Of a DNA stretch of 64,000 nucleotides, positions 41,074 to 50,520 are shown in pieces. Source of the stretch: Rhodocyclaceae bacterium (GTDB lineage: Bacteria > Pseudomonadota > Gammaproteobacteria > Burkholderiales > CAIKXV01); contig JADCHX010000011.1 of assembly GCA_020248265.1 (NCBI GenBank), positions 262,670-326,669 of the forward strand, written 5' to 3'. Under the pieces are notes generated by a model. The model saw only the letters and a program-made list of their open reading frames with translations, had not been told where the DNA came from and ran no database searches. The stretch's first letter is position 1, and every line of letters starts with the position of its first letter. Position numbers and translations under genes: made by a program.

Positions 41074-43494
41074 ATGGTGAACGACCGCCCCGGCGCCGGT
41101 GGCGTCCGGCGCTTTGCGCCGCTGCTGCGCTCGCTCGATGTCAATCGCAGCCTGGTGCGGCGGGCGATCGCCGCGGCCGCGGCCGGCGAGCCAGTGCCGC
41201 TCCTCGCGGCGCGCGCGTCCATCCTGCCGCCGGTCCCGACTGCGGCCGCCGTCGACGTGGCGGCCGATCCGGCGGCAACTGCAGCGGCTGACCAGACCTG
41301 GCACGGACTGGTCGCCGCCGAGGTATCGCTGCATGATGCGCTGGACGCAGCGGCAGCAGCCGGCCCCACGCCCTGGCCTCACCTGGTAGAGGCGCTCGAG
41401 ACTTCCGACCGGCTGACGACCCTGCTGGTGGACGCGGCGCTGGCAGAACTGATGCTCGCGGTCTCGCAGCGCGAGCGCCGGCTCACCGAGCAGTTGCAGG
41501 ACGAGTTCCTCGATGCGCTGAGCATCGGGCGTTTCTCGCTGCGCGTGACCGATGGCCTCATAGTGCAGGCCGACGAAGCCTTTGCCGGGTTCCTCGGCAC
41601 CGAGGCGAAGCACCTGATCGGCGTGCCGGCCGGACGCTTCATCCCGGTCGAGAAGCTCGTCGAGATCGTCGAACAGTCGGTGAAGAGCGGTCGTCCCGGG
41701 CGCGCGCAGGTGCGCACGCTCGGCGTGGGCCGCGAACGGGTAACGCTCGACATCATCGCCTTCATGCAGCAGGCGGCCGAGAACGACGAACTGCAGTGCA
41801 TGGCGGTCAACGTATCGCGGACGGACCGCGACATCGCGCAGCGGCGGTTGCTGTCGGCCGCAGTGGAGGCGTCGAACGATCTCGTCCTGATCACCGATGC
41901 GTCGTTCCAGATCGAGTACGTGAACCAGGCCTTCGTAAAGGTCACGGGGTACGAGCCCGACGAGGTACTCGGCCGCCATCCGGGCTTCCTGCAGGGACGC
42001 AGGACGCCCGGAACCGCACTGGATCGCCTGCGTGCGACGATGCGCGCCGGGCGGCCCGTTCGCGCCGAGCTGGTGAACTACCGCAAGGACGGTACGCCGT
42101 TCTGGATCGACCTGTCAGTGGTGCCGGTGACCGGTAGCGACGGTCTGGTAGAACACTGGCTATCCGTCGGCCGCGACGTGTCGGAACGCAAGCATGCCGA
42201 GCAGGAGATCACCCGGCTGGCCATGGAGGATTACCTCACCGGCCTGCCGAACCGGCGTGCGGCCGAGGCGCGGCTGCAGCTCGAATGGAACCGCGCCCGG
42301 CGAATGCGCTCGCCGTTTGCGCTGGGGTTGCTCGACATCGACCATTTCAAACGCGTCAACGACCAGTTCGGCCATGAGGTCGGGGACCGTACGCTGCGCC
42401 GTGTCGCGCAGGTGGTGAACACCACGCTGCGCGGCGGCGACTGGGTGGCGCGCTGGGGCGGCGAGGAGTTCCTGATCTGCTTCCACGGGCTGGATGCTGC
42501 CGGGGCGCTGGCAGCCGGGGAACGGATGCGCAAGCATGTGAGCGCATCGGCGCCACCTGGCGGTACCGAGCCTGCCGTGACGGTCAGCCTGGGCATCTCG
42601 GTGTACCGACCGGCGCTCGAGTCGCCGGCGAAGATGCTCGCCGAGGCCGACGGGCTGCTGTACGAAGCAAAGCAGGCTGGGCGCGACCGCGTGCTCTGCA
42701 TCGGCACGGCCGAGGGGCGCCGGGGCAGCGTCGTACGGGAGCCTTCACAGGTCGGGACCGCACTGCAGGAGTCGCGCGTGGTCGCGGCCTTCCAGCCGAT
42801 CATCGACCTGCGCAGCGGCGAACAGGTCGGGGTCGAGGCCCTCGCGCGCATCATCGCCCCGGACGACCGCGTGATCCCGGCCTCCGAGTTCCTCGAGGCG
42901 GCGGAATCGCTGCGCCTGTGCGCCGATATCGACGAAGCCATCGCCGAGTACATGCTGACCGCCAGGGCCGCCGGCCATCTCACCTGCTTCATCAATCTTT
43001 CCCCGCAGTTCCTTGCCAGCACACGAAGCATCGACCGCCTGATCGAGCAGGCGGCGAGTGCCCGCATCCCGGGGGCGGGCGAGCGCAGCTTCGTGATCGA
43101 GATCAGCGAACGCCATGGCGTCGATATCGCATCGCTGAAGGCGCACCTCAAGCCGCTGGTCGACGCCGGCTTCCTGCTCTCGCTCGATGATTTCGGCAGC
43201 GGCTATTCCTCGTTCCAGTACCTGGCCGACCTGCCGATCCGGTTCCTGAAGATAGAGGGCTGGATGGTCGCGCGGGCGGTCGGCGATTCGCGCATCCGGC
43301 AGCTGCTCGAAACGATCGTCGTTACCGCCCGGAAGTTCCGCCTGACCACGGTTGCCGAATGCGTGGAGGATGCGGGTACGGCAAGCGTGCTGCGCGACCT
43401 CGGCGTCGATTGGGCGCAGGGATACCTGTACGGTGCGCCGGTGGTCGACCGCAGGTCGGGCGCGGCACGGTCGGCTGGTGCCGGGGCCGGCTGA
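41074..43494 (+). CDS. PAS-GGDEF-EAL signalling protein (c-di-GMP turnover)
   Basis: 806 aa. PAS region 'ITDASFQIEYVNQAFVKVTGYEPDEVLGRHP', 'RWGGEEFLI' (GGEEF), 'VGVEALARI' (EAL), 'LDDFGSGYSSFQYL'. Confidence 0.9.
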   Translation: MVNDRPGAGGVRRFAPLLRSLDVNRSLVRRAIAAAAAGEPVPLLAARASILPPVPTAAAVDVAADPAATAAADQTWHGLVAAEVSLHDALDAAAAAGPTPWPHLVEALETSDRLTTLLVDAALAELMLAVSQRERRLTEQLQDEFLDALSIGRFSLRVTDGLIVQADEAFAGFLGTEAKHLIGVPAGRFIPVEKLVEIVEQSVKSGRPGRAQVRTLGVGRERVTLDIIAFMQQAAENDELQCMAVNVSRTDRDIAQRRLLSAAVEASNDLVLITDASFQIEYVNQAFVKVTGYEPDEVLGRHPGFLQGRRTPGTALDRLRATMRAGRPVRAELVNYRKDGTPFWIDLSVVPVTGSDGLVEHWLSVGRDVSERKHAEQEITRLAMEDYLTGLPNRRAAEARLQLEWNRARRMRSPFALGLLDIDHFKRVNDQFGHEVGDRTLRRVAQVVNTTLRGGDWVARWGGEEFLICFHGLDAAGALAAGERMRKHVSASAPPGGTEPAVTVSLGISVYRPALESPAKMLAEADGLLYEAKQAGRDRVLCIGTAEGRRGSVVREPSQVGTALQESRVVAAFQPIIDLRSGEQVGVEALARIIAPDDRVIPASEFLEAAESLRLCADIDEAIAEYMLTARAAGHLTCFINLSPQFLASTRSIDRLIEQAASARIPGAGERSFVIEISERHGVDIASLKAHLKPLVDAGFLLSLDDFGSGYSSFQYLADLPIRFLKIEGWMVARAVGDSRIRQLLETIVVTARKFRLTTVAECVEDAGTASVLRDLGVDWAQGYLYGAPVVDRRSGAARSAGAGAG

Positions 43495-44465
43495 TGGCGC
43501 TTCCCGTGGCCCTGCGGGGGCGACTGTCGTTACCGGTGATCGGAGCCCCGATGTTCCTGATCTCGGGGCCGGAACTCGTGATCGCCCAGTGCACCAGCGG
43601 CATCATCGGTTCCATTCCGTCGCTCAACGCGCGTCCGCCGGAACTGCTCGATGCATGGCTGAGGCAGATCGCCGCTGCCTGTGCCGCGCATGCAGCGGCG
43701 CACCCGGGGGACCCGGTTGCGCCTCATGCGGTGAACCTGATCGTGAACAAGGCCAACGCGCGCCTCGAACACGACCTCGAGGTCGTGATAGCCAACCGGG
43801 TGCCCGTGGTGATCACGTCGCTGTCGGCACCCGACGACATCGTGCCGCGCATCCACGCCTATGGCGGCATCGTGCTGCACGATGTCATCAGCACCCGGCA
43901 TGCGAAGCGCGCACTGAAGGCCGGGGTCGACGGGCTGATCCTCGTGTGCGCCGGCGCCGGCGGGCATGCCGGCACGCTGTCGCCGTTCGCGCTGGTGTCC
44001 GAAGTCCGTGCGTTCTACGACGGGCTGATCGCGCTGTCCGGCGCGATGTCCACCGGCAGCGGCATACTCGCCGCGCAGGCGATGGGTGCCGACCTCGCCT
44101 ACATCGGCACTCGCTTCATCGCGACCTGCGAATCGAATGCCGGCGACGCCTACAAGTCGATGATCGTCGATGCGAGCGCGGCCGATATCGTCTACACGCC
44201 GCTGTTCTCCGGCGTGCACGGCAATTACCTGAAGCCATCGGTCGTCGCGGCCGGCCTCGACCCGGACAACCTGCCTGCCCCGGAACCCGGCGCGAGCTAC
44301 CGCCGGCGCGACGACCGTCCGCCGGCCTGGAAGACCATATGGGGTGCCGGGCAGGGCGTGGGCGCGATCGATGCAGTCGAGCCGGTGGCCGCTGTGGTCG
44401 CGCGGCTGCGGTCGGAATACGATGCGGCCCGGCGCGCGCTGGCCGCCACCGGAGGAAAGGAGTGA
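43494..44465 (+). CDS. nitronate monooxygenase (2-nitropropane dioxygenase) family flavoprotein
   Basis: The ATG shares 1 nt with the upstream stop (TGATG). 'LPVIGAPMFLISGPELV', 'GVDGLILVCAGAGGHAG'. Confidence 0.75.
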   Translation: MALPVALRGRLSLPVIGAPMFLISGPELVIAQCTSGIIGSIPSLNARPPELLDAWLRQIAAACAAHAAAHPGDPVAPHAVNLIVNKANARLEHDLEVVIANRVPVVITSLSAPDDIVPRIHAYGGIVLHDVISTRHAKRALKAGVDGLILVCAGAGGHAGTLSPFALVSEVRAFYDGLIALSGAMSTGSGILAAQAMGADLAYIGTRFIATCESNAGDAYKSMIVDASAADIVYTPLFSGVHGNYLKPSVVAAGLDPDNLPAPEPGASYRRRDDRPPAWKTIWGAGQGVGAIDAVEPVAAVVARLRSEYDAARRALAATGGKE

Positions 44466-45262
44466 ATGCAGTGGACTACCAGACCATCACCTTCTCGATC
44501 GACGCGGGCATCGCCCGTATCACGCTGAACCGGCCCGACCGGCTGAATGCGTTCAACGTGCGCATGCAGGACGAACTGTTCGATGCGTTCGATCGCATCG
44601 ATGCGCCGGACAGCGGCGCCCGCGTGCTGCTGCTGGGCGCGAACGGGCGCGGCTTCTGCTCGGGCGTCGACCTTACTGACCGCAAGCCGCTGCCGGAGGG
44701 CCAGAAGCACGACCTCGGGGCGTCGCTCGAGGCAAAGAATCCGCTGTTCTCCCGGCTCTACCATTCGCCGATCCCGGTCGTGTGCGCGGTCAATGGCGTG
44801 GCGGCGGGCATGGGCGTCGGCCTCGCGCTTGCCTGCGACATCGTGGTCGCCGCGAAAAGCGCGAGCTTCGTGCTCGCGTTCAGCCGCATCGGCCTGATGC
44901 CCGACTGCGGGGTGAGCTTCTTCCTGCCGCGCCTGATCGGACCCGCCCGCGCGAATGCCTGTGCACTGCTCGGCGAGAAGATCGGCGCGGAGCAGGCGCA
45001 GGCCTGGGGCATGGTCTGGAAGGTAGTCGATGACATGGCGCTGCCGGACGAGTCGCTGGCGATCGCGCAGCGGCTGGCGTCCGGTCCGACACGCTCCTAT
45101 CGGCGCATCTCGGCGACGATCAAGGCTGGCATCGAGACCTCCCTGGAGGACATCCTGCAGCAGGAGGCAGACGGACAGCGTGAGCTCGGCTTCACCGAGG
45201 ACTACGCCGAAGGCGTGCTGGCTTTCCTCGAAAAGCGCTCTGCGAAGTTCAGCGGGCGTTGA
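44462..45262 (+). CDS. enoyl-CoA hydratase/isomerase (crotonase) family protein
   Basis: The GTG overlaps the upstream stop (GTGA). 'ITLNRPDRLNAF', 'GRGFCSGVDL', 'AVNGVAAGMGVGLALACD'. Confidence 0.85.
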   Translation: MNAVDYQTITFSIDAGIARITLNRPDRLNAFNVRMQDELFDAFDRIDAPDSGARVLLLGANGRGFCSGVDLTDRKPLPEGQKHDLGASLEAKNPLFSRLYHSPIPVVCAVNGVAAGMGVGLALACDIVVAAKSASFVLAFSRIGLMPDCGVSFFLPRLIGPARANACALLGEKIGAEQAQAWGMVWKVVDDMALPDESLAIAQRLASGPTRSYRRISATIKAGIETSLEDILQQEADGQRELGFTEDYAEGVLAFLEKRSAKFSGR

Positions 45263-46638
45263 CCTTGCGCGTCTCGTCGCGGGTCGCGGGTCCGCCCGAA
45301 GGGTCGCCTTTGCGTGTGCCGTTGCCGGCACTGGCCGATGCGATCGCCGCCGGCCGCCTGTGCCGGGTCGAGTACGCCCGGGCCTGCATCGAGCAGGCGC
45401 TGGCGGTCGAGCCGATGATCCACGCGTTCAAGGCGATCGAGCCGGCCATGATCCGTGCGCGCGTGGAGGCCGCAGGCGGTGCAGGCGTTGGCGCACCTTC
45501 CGGGCTGCTTGCCGGCGTGCCGTTCGGCGTGAAGGACATCATCGACGTGCGTGGCCTGGTGACCGGTATGGGTTCGCCGATCCACGACGGATCGGTCGCC
45601 GATGCCGATGCGCCGCTGGTCGCGCGGCTGCAGGCGGCCGGCGGGTTCGTGTTCGGCAAGACGGTCACCACCGAGTTCGCCTTCATGCACCCGCGCGAGA
45701 CGCGCAATCCGTGGAATACAGCGCATACGCCGGGCGGGTCGTCCAGCGGATCGGCGGCGGCCGTGGCGGCAGGCTGTGTCCCGGCGGCCCTGGCGACACA
45801 GACCAACGGCTCGGTGATCCGGCCCGCGGCGTTCTGCGGCATCGTCGGCTTCAAGCCGAGCTACGGTGCGTTCCCGGTGCAGGGGGTGCTGAGCTATGCG
45901 CCGACGCTCGACCAGGCGGGTTGCTATGCGCGATCGGTCGACGGCGTCACCCGCATCGCGCAGGCACTGGCCGAACCCGGTTTCGGCCTCGATGCCGGCG
46001 CGCGGCAGGGCGCGTTCGGAGGCGAGGCGGGTGCCGGTCGTCCGCGCCTCGCAGCCGTCCGCAGCCCGGTGTGGGCGCAGGCCTCGGCGGCGATGCAGTC
46101 GTCATTCGAACGCGCGCAGTCGGTGCTGTCGGGTGCCGGTGCCCGGGTCGAATGCCCCGATCTCCCGGCCGGCTTCGAGCGCGCGCACGATGTCCACCGC
46201 GTGATCATGGGCCACGAGGCGGTGCGCTATTTCGAGCCGGTGCAGGCGCGGCACCGCAGCCTGATCAGCGACTGGCTGAACGGATACCTCGACCAGGCTG
46301 CCGCGATCGGCGCGGCAGAGTACCGGGACGCGCTGGGCGCGCGCGAGCGGCTGCGCGAGACCTTTGCACGCTTCGTGTCCGGATTCGATGCCGTGCTGAC
46401 GCCGCCGGCGATCGGCGAAGCCCCCGACGGCATCCGGACCAGCGGTGACCCTGTGTTCTGTTCGATCTGGACGCTGCTCGGCACGCCGGCCATCACCATA
46501 CCGACGGGCCTCGGGCCTGCTGGTTTGCCGCTCGGGCTGCAACTGGTCGGCGCCGAGCGTCGCGACGCAGGCCTGCTGGCGGCTGCCGCATGGTGCGAAT
46601 CGATGTTCGGGTTCCAGGGGCTGCCGCCGGTGGCGTGA
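45259..46638 (+). CDS. amidase-signature (AS) family amidase
   Basis: 'GGSSSGSAAAVAAG', 'TQTNGSVIRPAAFCG'. A TTG start overlaps the upstream stop; a GTG at 45316 is an alternative. Confidence 0.85.
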   Translation: MTLRVSSRVAGPPEGSPLRVPLPALADAIAAGRLCRVEYARACIEQALAVEPMIHAFKAIEPAMIRARVEAAGGAGVGAPSGLLAGVPFGVKDIIDVRGLVTGMGSPIHDGSVADADAPLVARLQAAGGFVFGKTVTTEFAFMHPRETRNPWNTAHTPGGSSSGSAAAVAAGCVPAALATQTNGSVIRPAAFCGIVGFKPSYGAFPVQGVLSYAPTLDQAGCYARSVDGVTRIAQALAEPGFGLDAGARQGAFGGEAGAGRPRLAAVRSPVWAQASAAMQSSFERAQSVLSGAGARVECPDLPAGFERAHDVHRVIMGHEAVRYFEPVQARHRSLISDWLNGYLDQAAAIGAAEYRDALGARERLRETFARFVSGFDAVLTPPAIGEAPDGIRTSGDPVFCSIWTLLGTPAITIPTGLGPAGLPLGLQLVGAERRDAGLLAAAAWCESMFGFQGLPPVA

Positions 46639-46652
46639 TCGCCCTGGATGGA

Positions 46653-47114
46653 TCAGGCGGGGCGCGGGCGGTGGGCGTCGACCCAGCGCAGGATGTCCTG
46701 CATGCCCAAGGCACCGGGCTGACGTGCGATTTCGCGTCCGCCGCTGAACAGGATCAAGGTCGGTATGCTGCGGATTGCGAACCGGTTGCCGAGTGCCTGT
46801 TCCGCCTCGGTATCGACCTTGCCCAGACGCATCCCCGGTTCCAGCCGGGAAGCTGCCTGCTCGAACTGCGGGGCCATCGTCCTGCAGGGCCCACACCAGG
46901 GAGCCCAGAAATCCACGAGCAGCGGGATGTCGCTGCGCGCCATCTGGCGCTCGAAGCTCTGGCTGGTGAGCGTAACCGGCTTGCCGGTGAACAGTGGCTG
47001 GTGGCACTGGCCACAGCGCGGCTGCTGTTCGAGCTTCGCGGCAGGGACGCGGTTCACGGCCTGGCAGTGCGGACAGCAGAGGTGCAGTGGATCGGTCATC
47101 TGAGGCTCCGGCAC
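46653..47114 (-). CDS. trxC: thioredoxin 2 (TrxC-type, N-terminal zinc finger)
   Basis: 153 aa. 'CPHCQAVN ... CGQCHQPL', then 'WAPWCGPC'. Confidence 0.9.
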   Translation of the reverse strand: MPEPQMTDPLHLCCPHCQAVNRVPAAKLEQQPRCGQCHQPLFTGKPVTLTSQSFERQMARSDIPLLVDFWAPWCGPCRTMAPQFEQAASRLEPGMRLGKVDTEAEQALGNRFAIRSIPTLILFSGGREIARQPGALGMQDILRWVDAHRPRPA

Positions 47115-47198
47115 GATCGCGAGATCTGTCGGATATTGGGGCCGCGCGTGGCCGCATCAAGCCCTGCATTGCCGAGCGGCACTGGTTGACCTGTCCGC

Positions 47199-48281
47199 TC
47201 AGAGGGCGGACTGAGGCTCACCCAGCCAGGCGACCCCTTCCAGCAATCCGAGTGCATCCGCCACCCAGCGCGCGAAGTCCGTGAACGTCCCCGGCTGTGG
47301 CCGGAGGTCGCCGACCTGGCCGTCGGGGAACAGCAGCCATGCCGGCTGGAACAGCGGTGGGCTGTCGGCGGATGCCGGGTCCAGCGCACCCTGCAGCGGG
47401 TGAAGCGCGGCCTGCAGGCGTGCCTCCCCGCTGTCCAGCGATTCGTAGCGATCGAAGTAGGTCCGGATCGACTCGGCCCATGCATCGGTCTCCACGAATG
47501 GTCCGTCGGCGGCCTGCTCGCGCGAGGAGCGAGCCGCCGCGTCGGCGTCGAGCCTGCACTTCGTGAAGAAGCGTTCTGCCGTCATCTCGACCAGCTGGTC
47601 GACCTTGCTCCGGTTCTGTTCAAGCGACGCGATCAGGTCGCCGAGAGCGATCGCCGGAAACGGGAAACGCAGCGCTGCTGAGCACAGGCGGGGCACCAGC
47701 GCCACCGCCAGCTCGATGTCGAACAGCCCGGCCAGACGCGACAGCAGCCGTAGGCTCGACGGCCGCTCGCGGTACAGCTCGAGCGCCAGGTGGTAGAGCG
47801 CGACCGCGCTCGGACGGGCCATCGACGAGCGCAGACCCTCGACGATCGCGTGTGTCTCGAGGATCTCGTGGACGCTGAATCCTTCCGTCGTGTCGAAGAG
47901 GGTACCGGCCAGCATGGCGAAATCGGTTCGCGCGCGAAGCTCTTCGCCGCTGGCGAGAGGCCGGCGCGAGGCCTGCCAGCGGGCTGCCCAGCGCGCGCGG
48001 CGACCCACATCTCGGGTGAACGCGAAGTACCACGGCGAGGTGACGACATGCGACAGATGGATGCCGGCACGCGCCAGTGCGAACAGCGCGAAAAGCTCGG
48101 CGTCGTCGCGGGGCGCCTGGCGCCTGCCCAACAGCGAGATGAACTCGGCGGCCGGACGATCGACTTGTACCGCAGCAAGGGGGGGCAATACCCCGTATAC
48201 GACGGGGCTCTGCAGGCGCGTGCGCAGGTCGTCAAACCATCCCTGGACTTCGTCTGGACCTCGATCGAGTATCACCGCCAT
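47199..48281 (-). CDS. hypothetical protein, no recognisable family
   Basis: 360-aa ORF with no TM segment or signal peptide. It is the only long ORF here compatible with the flanking same-strand genes. No obvious Shine-Dalgarno motif. Third-position GC looks somewhat lower than in neighbours over the first ~40 codons (by eye). Confidence 0.55.
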   Translation of the reverse strand: MAVILDRGPDEVQGWFDDLRTRLQSPVVYGVLPPLAAVQVDRPAAEFISLLGRRQAPRDDAELFALFALARAGIHLSHVVTSPWYFAFTRDVGRRARWAARWQASRRPLASGEELRARTDFAMLAGTLFDTTEGFSVHEILETHAIVEGLRSSMARPSAVALYHLALELYRERPSSLRLLSRLAGLFDIELAVALVPRLCSAALRFPFPAIALGDLIASLEQNRSKVDQLVEMTAERFFTKCRLDADAAARSSREQAADGPFVETDAWAESIRTYFDRYESLDSGEARLQAALHPLQGALDPASADSPPLFQPAWLLFPDGQVGDLRPQPGTFTDFARWVADALGLLEGVAWLGEPQSAL

Positions 48282-48292
48282 CTGTCAGATTG

Positions 48293-48331
48293 CCCTATCT
48301 TCCACATCATGCGAAATCCAAGAAGATAGGG
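48293..48331. promoter_or_regulatory. perfect 10-bp inverted repeat CCCTATCTTC-N19-GAAGATAGGG, 12 nt upstream of the hypothetical gene
   Basis: Read from the sequence: 48293-48302 and 48322-48331. It sits in a locally AT-richer 125-bp spacer between two minus-strand genes. Confidence 0.35.
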
Positions 48332-48406
48332 TAGCAAAATCCTTGCCTGCCAGTGGGTGGTCAGCCCCTGTACCCTGCGGGAGACCCTGGAAGCAGGGCG
48401 CAGCAC

Positions 48407-50515
48407 TCAGCGCGTGACCAGCAGGCCATCCACCGCCACTACGCCTTCGCCCGCGGGCTTCACCAGCAGGGGATTGATCTCTGCTTCGGCAACGGTCGCC
48501 CCGGGCAGCAGCGCCAGCATGGAGAAAGCGACGACCGCTTCCGCCAGCGCATCGACATCGCCGGCCGGGAGGCCACGGTAGCCGCGCACCAGCGCGAGCG
48601 CCTTCACCTCGGAGATCATGCGGTGCGCTTCGGGGAGATCCACGGGCGCACTGCGGATCGCGTAGTCCTTGTATATCTCGGCCAGCGTGCCGCCCGCGCC
48701 GACGATCACCACCGGCCCGACCTGCGGATCGTTGCGGTAGCCCAGGATCACCTCGGCCAGCCCGCGTTCCATCTTCTGCACCAGCACGCCGTCGATGCGC
48801 GCCTCCGGATGCCTGGCGCGGACGTTGTCCAGGATGCGTCCACAGGCTGCCCGCAGGGCCGCCGCGTCCACGATCCCGAGCACGACGCCGCCGGCGTCGG
48901 TCTTGTGCAGCACGTCGCGCGACAGCACCTTCGCCACGACCGGAAAGGGGATCGACGAACCCTGGTCGGCCGCCGTCAGTACCTCGGACGGCGCGGCCGG
49001 GATGCCCATTGCAGAGAACACGGCGGCTGCATCGCGCTCGTTCAGCGGCGCGTCGCCGGCGGCTGCGACCAGCCCGGCGACCGCGTCGAGGCCGGCTGGT
49101 GCGGCCAGGTCGCGCGCCACTGGCGGTTGCCAGTCGAAGTAGCAGCGGATCGCGTCGGCGCAACTCTCGGGCGTGCGGAAAGCCGGTACGCCACCGGCGC
49201 GCAGCAGGTCGAGCGAGGTGTCGGCGGCGGGCGCGATGAACACGAGCAGCGGCTTGCCTGGCTTGGCGCCGACGATCGGTTCGACTGCGAGCTGCGGATG
49301 GAACTGCGCGCTGGAACCCACGACCGCAAGCACGGCGTCGCAGTCGTCGGATGCGAGCAGCGCATCGAGCACCGCGCTGTAGATCTCTTTCTTGGTGCCG
49401 GCCAGCGTGAGGTCGATCATCGGCGACTGGCCGACATGGATCTTCTTCTCCGCCAGCTGGCGGATCACGTCTTCGGTCGGCGGTGCGATGTCGATGCCGT
49501 ACAGACCGAGCTGGTCGACCACGGTCGCCGCGCCGCCGCCGGTAGTCGTCACCACGCCAACCCGGCGCCGTCCCGTCCGCGGCTGCTTCGACGGCGGGAA
49601 CCGGCCGAGGAGCTGGGCGGTCTCGAGCAGTGATTCGAGCGTGCCGACGCGCACGATGCCGTGCGCCCGGAAAAACGCGTCGGCTGTGTCGTCTGCCCCA
49701 GTCATCGCCCCGGTGTGCGAGGCGGCGAGTTCGCGGCCGATCTCGGAGCGGCCGAGCTTGTAGGCGATCACCGGCTTGCCCGCGGCGAATGCACGGCGTG
49801 CGGCCGTGGCCAGCGCCGGGGCATCGCGCAGGGTCTCCAGGAACAGCAGGATCGCATCCGTGTTCGGGTCGTCGACCATCAGGTCGACCAGTTCGCCGAC
49901 GCCGATGTCGCATTCGTTGCCGACCGAGACCAGCCGCGAGAAGCCGAAGCCGCGCGCCTGTGCGCGCGACATCAGCGAGCCCATCATGCTGCCGCTCTGC
50001 GAGATGATCGCGAGGTTGCCGCGCAGCAGGAGGTCGCCCTCGAAGGTCGCGTTGCAGGTGATCGGCGAGTTGGCATGGGTGTCGATCACCCCGAGCGCAT
50101 TGGGCCCGAGCAGCCGCAGCCCGCCGGCGCGCGCGATCGACACGATCTCCTCCTGCAGCGCGCGGCCTTCTTCGCCGCGCTCGGCGAACCCGTCGCTGTA
50201 GAGCGTCGCCACCGGCACCTTCAGGCGCACGCATTCGCGCACCAGTTCCAGCACCGAGGCGGCCGGGGTCATGATGAACACGTGGTCGATCGGTGCGCCG
50301 CCGAGCGAGGCCGCAGCGGCCTCCAGCGAGGCGAACGCCGGTTCCCCGAGGATCTCGGGGCGCCCGGGGTTGATCGGCAGGATGGTGCCGGTGAAGCCGT
50401 GCTTGCGCAGGAAGCGCTGCGGCCGCGCGGTGTTCTTCGTGGCGTCGCCGGAAGCGCCGACCAGTGCGATGCGCTGCGGACGGAACAGCGCCCTCGACAG
50501 TTCGTTCATCGCCAT
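48407..50515 (-). CDS. NDP-forming acyl-CoA synthetase (acetate--CoA ligase [ADP-forming] family; CoA-binding + ATP-grasp)
   Basis: 702 aa. 'PQRIALVGASGD', 'AIISQSGSM', and a C-terminal ATP-grasp-like half. Confidence 0.8.
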   Translation of the reverse strand: MAMNELSRALFRPQRIALVGASGDATKNTARPQRFLRKHGFTGTILPINPGRPEILGEPAFASLEAAAASLGGAPIDHVFIMTPAASVLELVRECVRLKVPVATLYSDGFAERGEEGRALQEEIVSIARAGGLRLLGPNALGVIDTHANSPITCNATFEGDLLLRGNLAIISQSGSMMGSLMSRAQARGFGFSRLVSVGNECDIGVGELVDLMVDDPNTDAILLFLETLRDAPALATAARRAFAAGKPVIAYKLGRSEIGRELAASHTGAMTGADDTADAFFRAHGIVRVGTLESLLETAQLLGRFPPSKQPRTGRRRVGVVTTTGGGAATVVDQLGLYGIDIAPPTEDVIRQLAEKKIHVGQSPMIDLTLAGTKKEIYSAVLDALLASDDCDAVLAVVGSSAQFHPQLAVEPIVGAKPGKPLLVFIAPAADTSLDLLRAGGVPAFRTPESCADAIRCYFDWQPPVARDLAAPAGLDAVAGLVAAAGDAPLNERDAAAVFSAMGIPAAPSEVLTAADQGSSIPFPVVAKVLSRDVLHKTDAGGVVLGIVDAAALRAACGRILDNVRARHPEARIDGVLVQKMERGLAEVILGYRNDPQVGPVVIVGAGGTLAEIYKDYAIRSAPVDLPEAHRMISEVKALALVRGYRGLPAGDVDALAEAVVAFSMLALLPGATVAEAEINPLLVKPAGEGVVAVDGLLVTR

Positions 50516-50520
50516 GCCGA

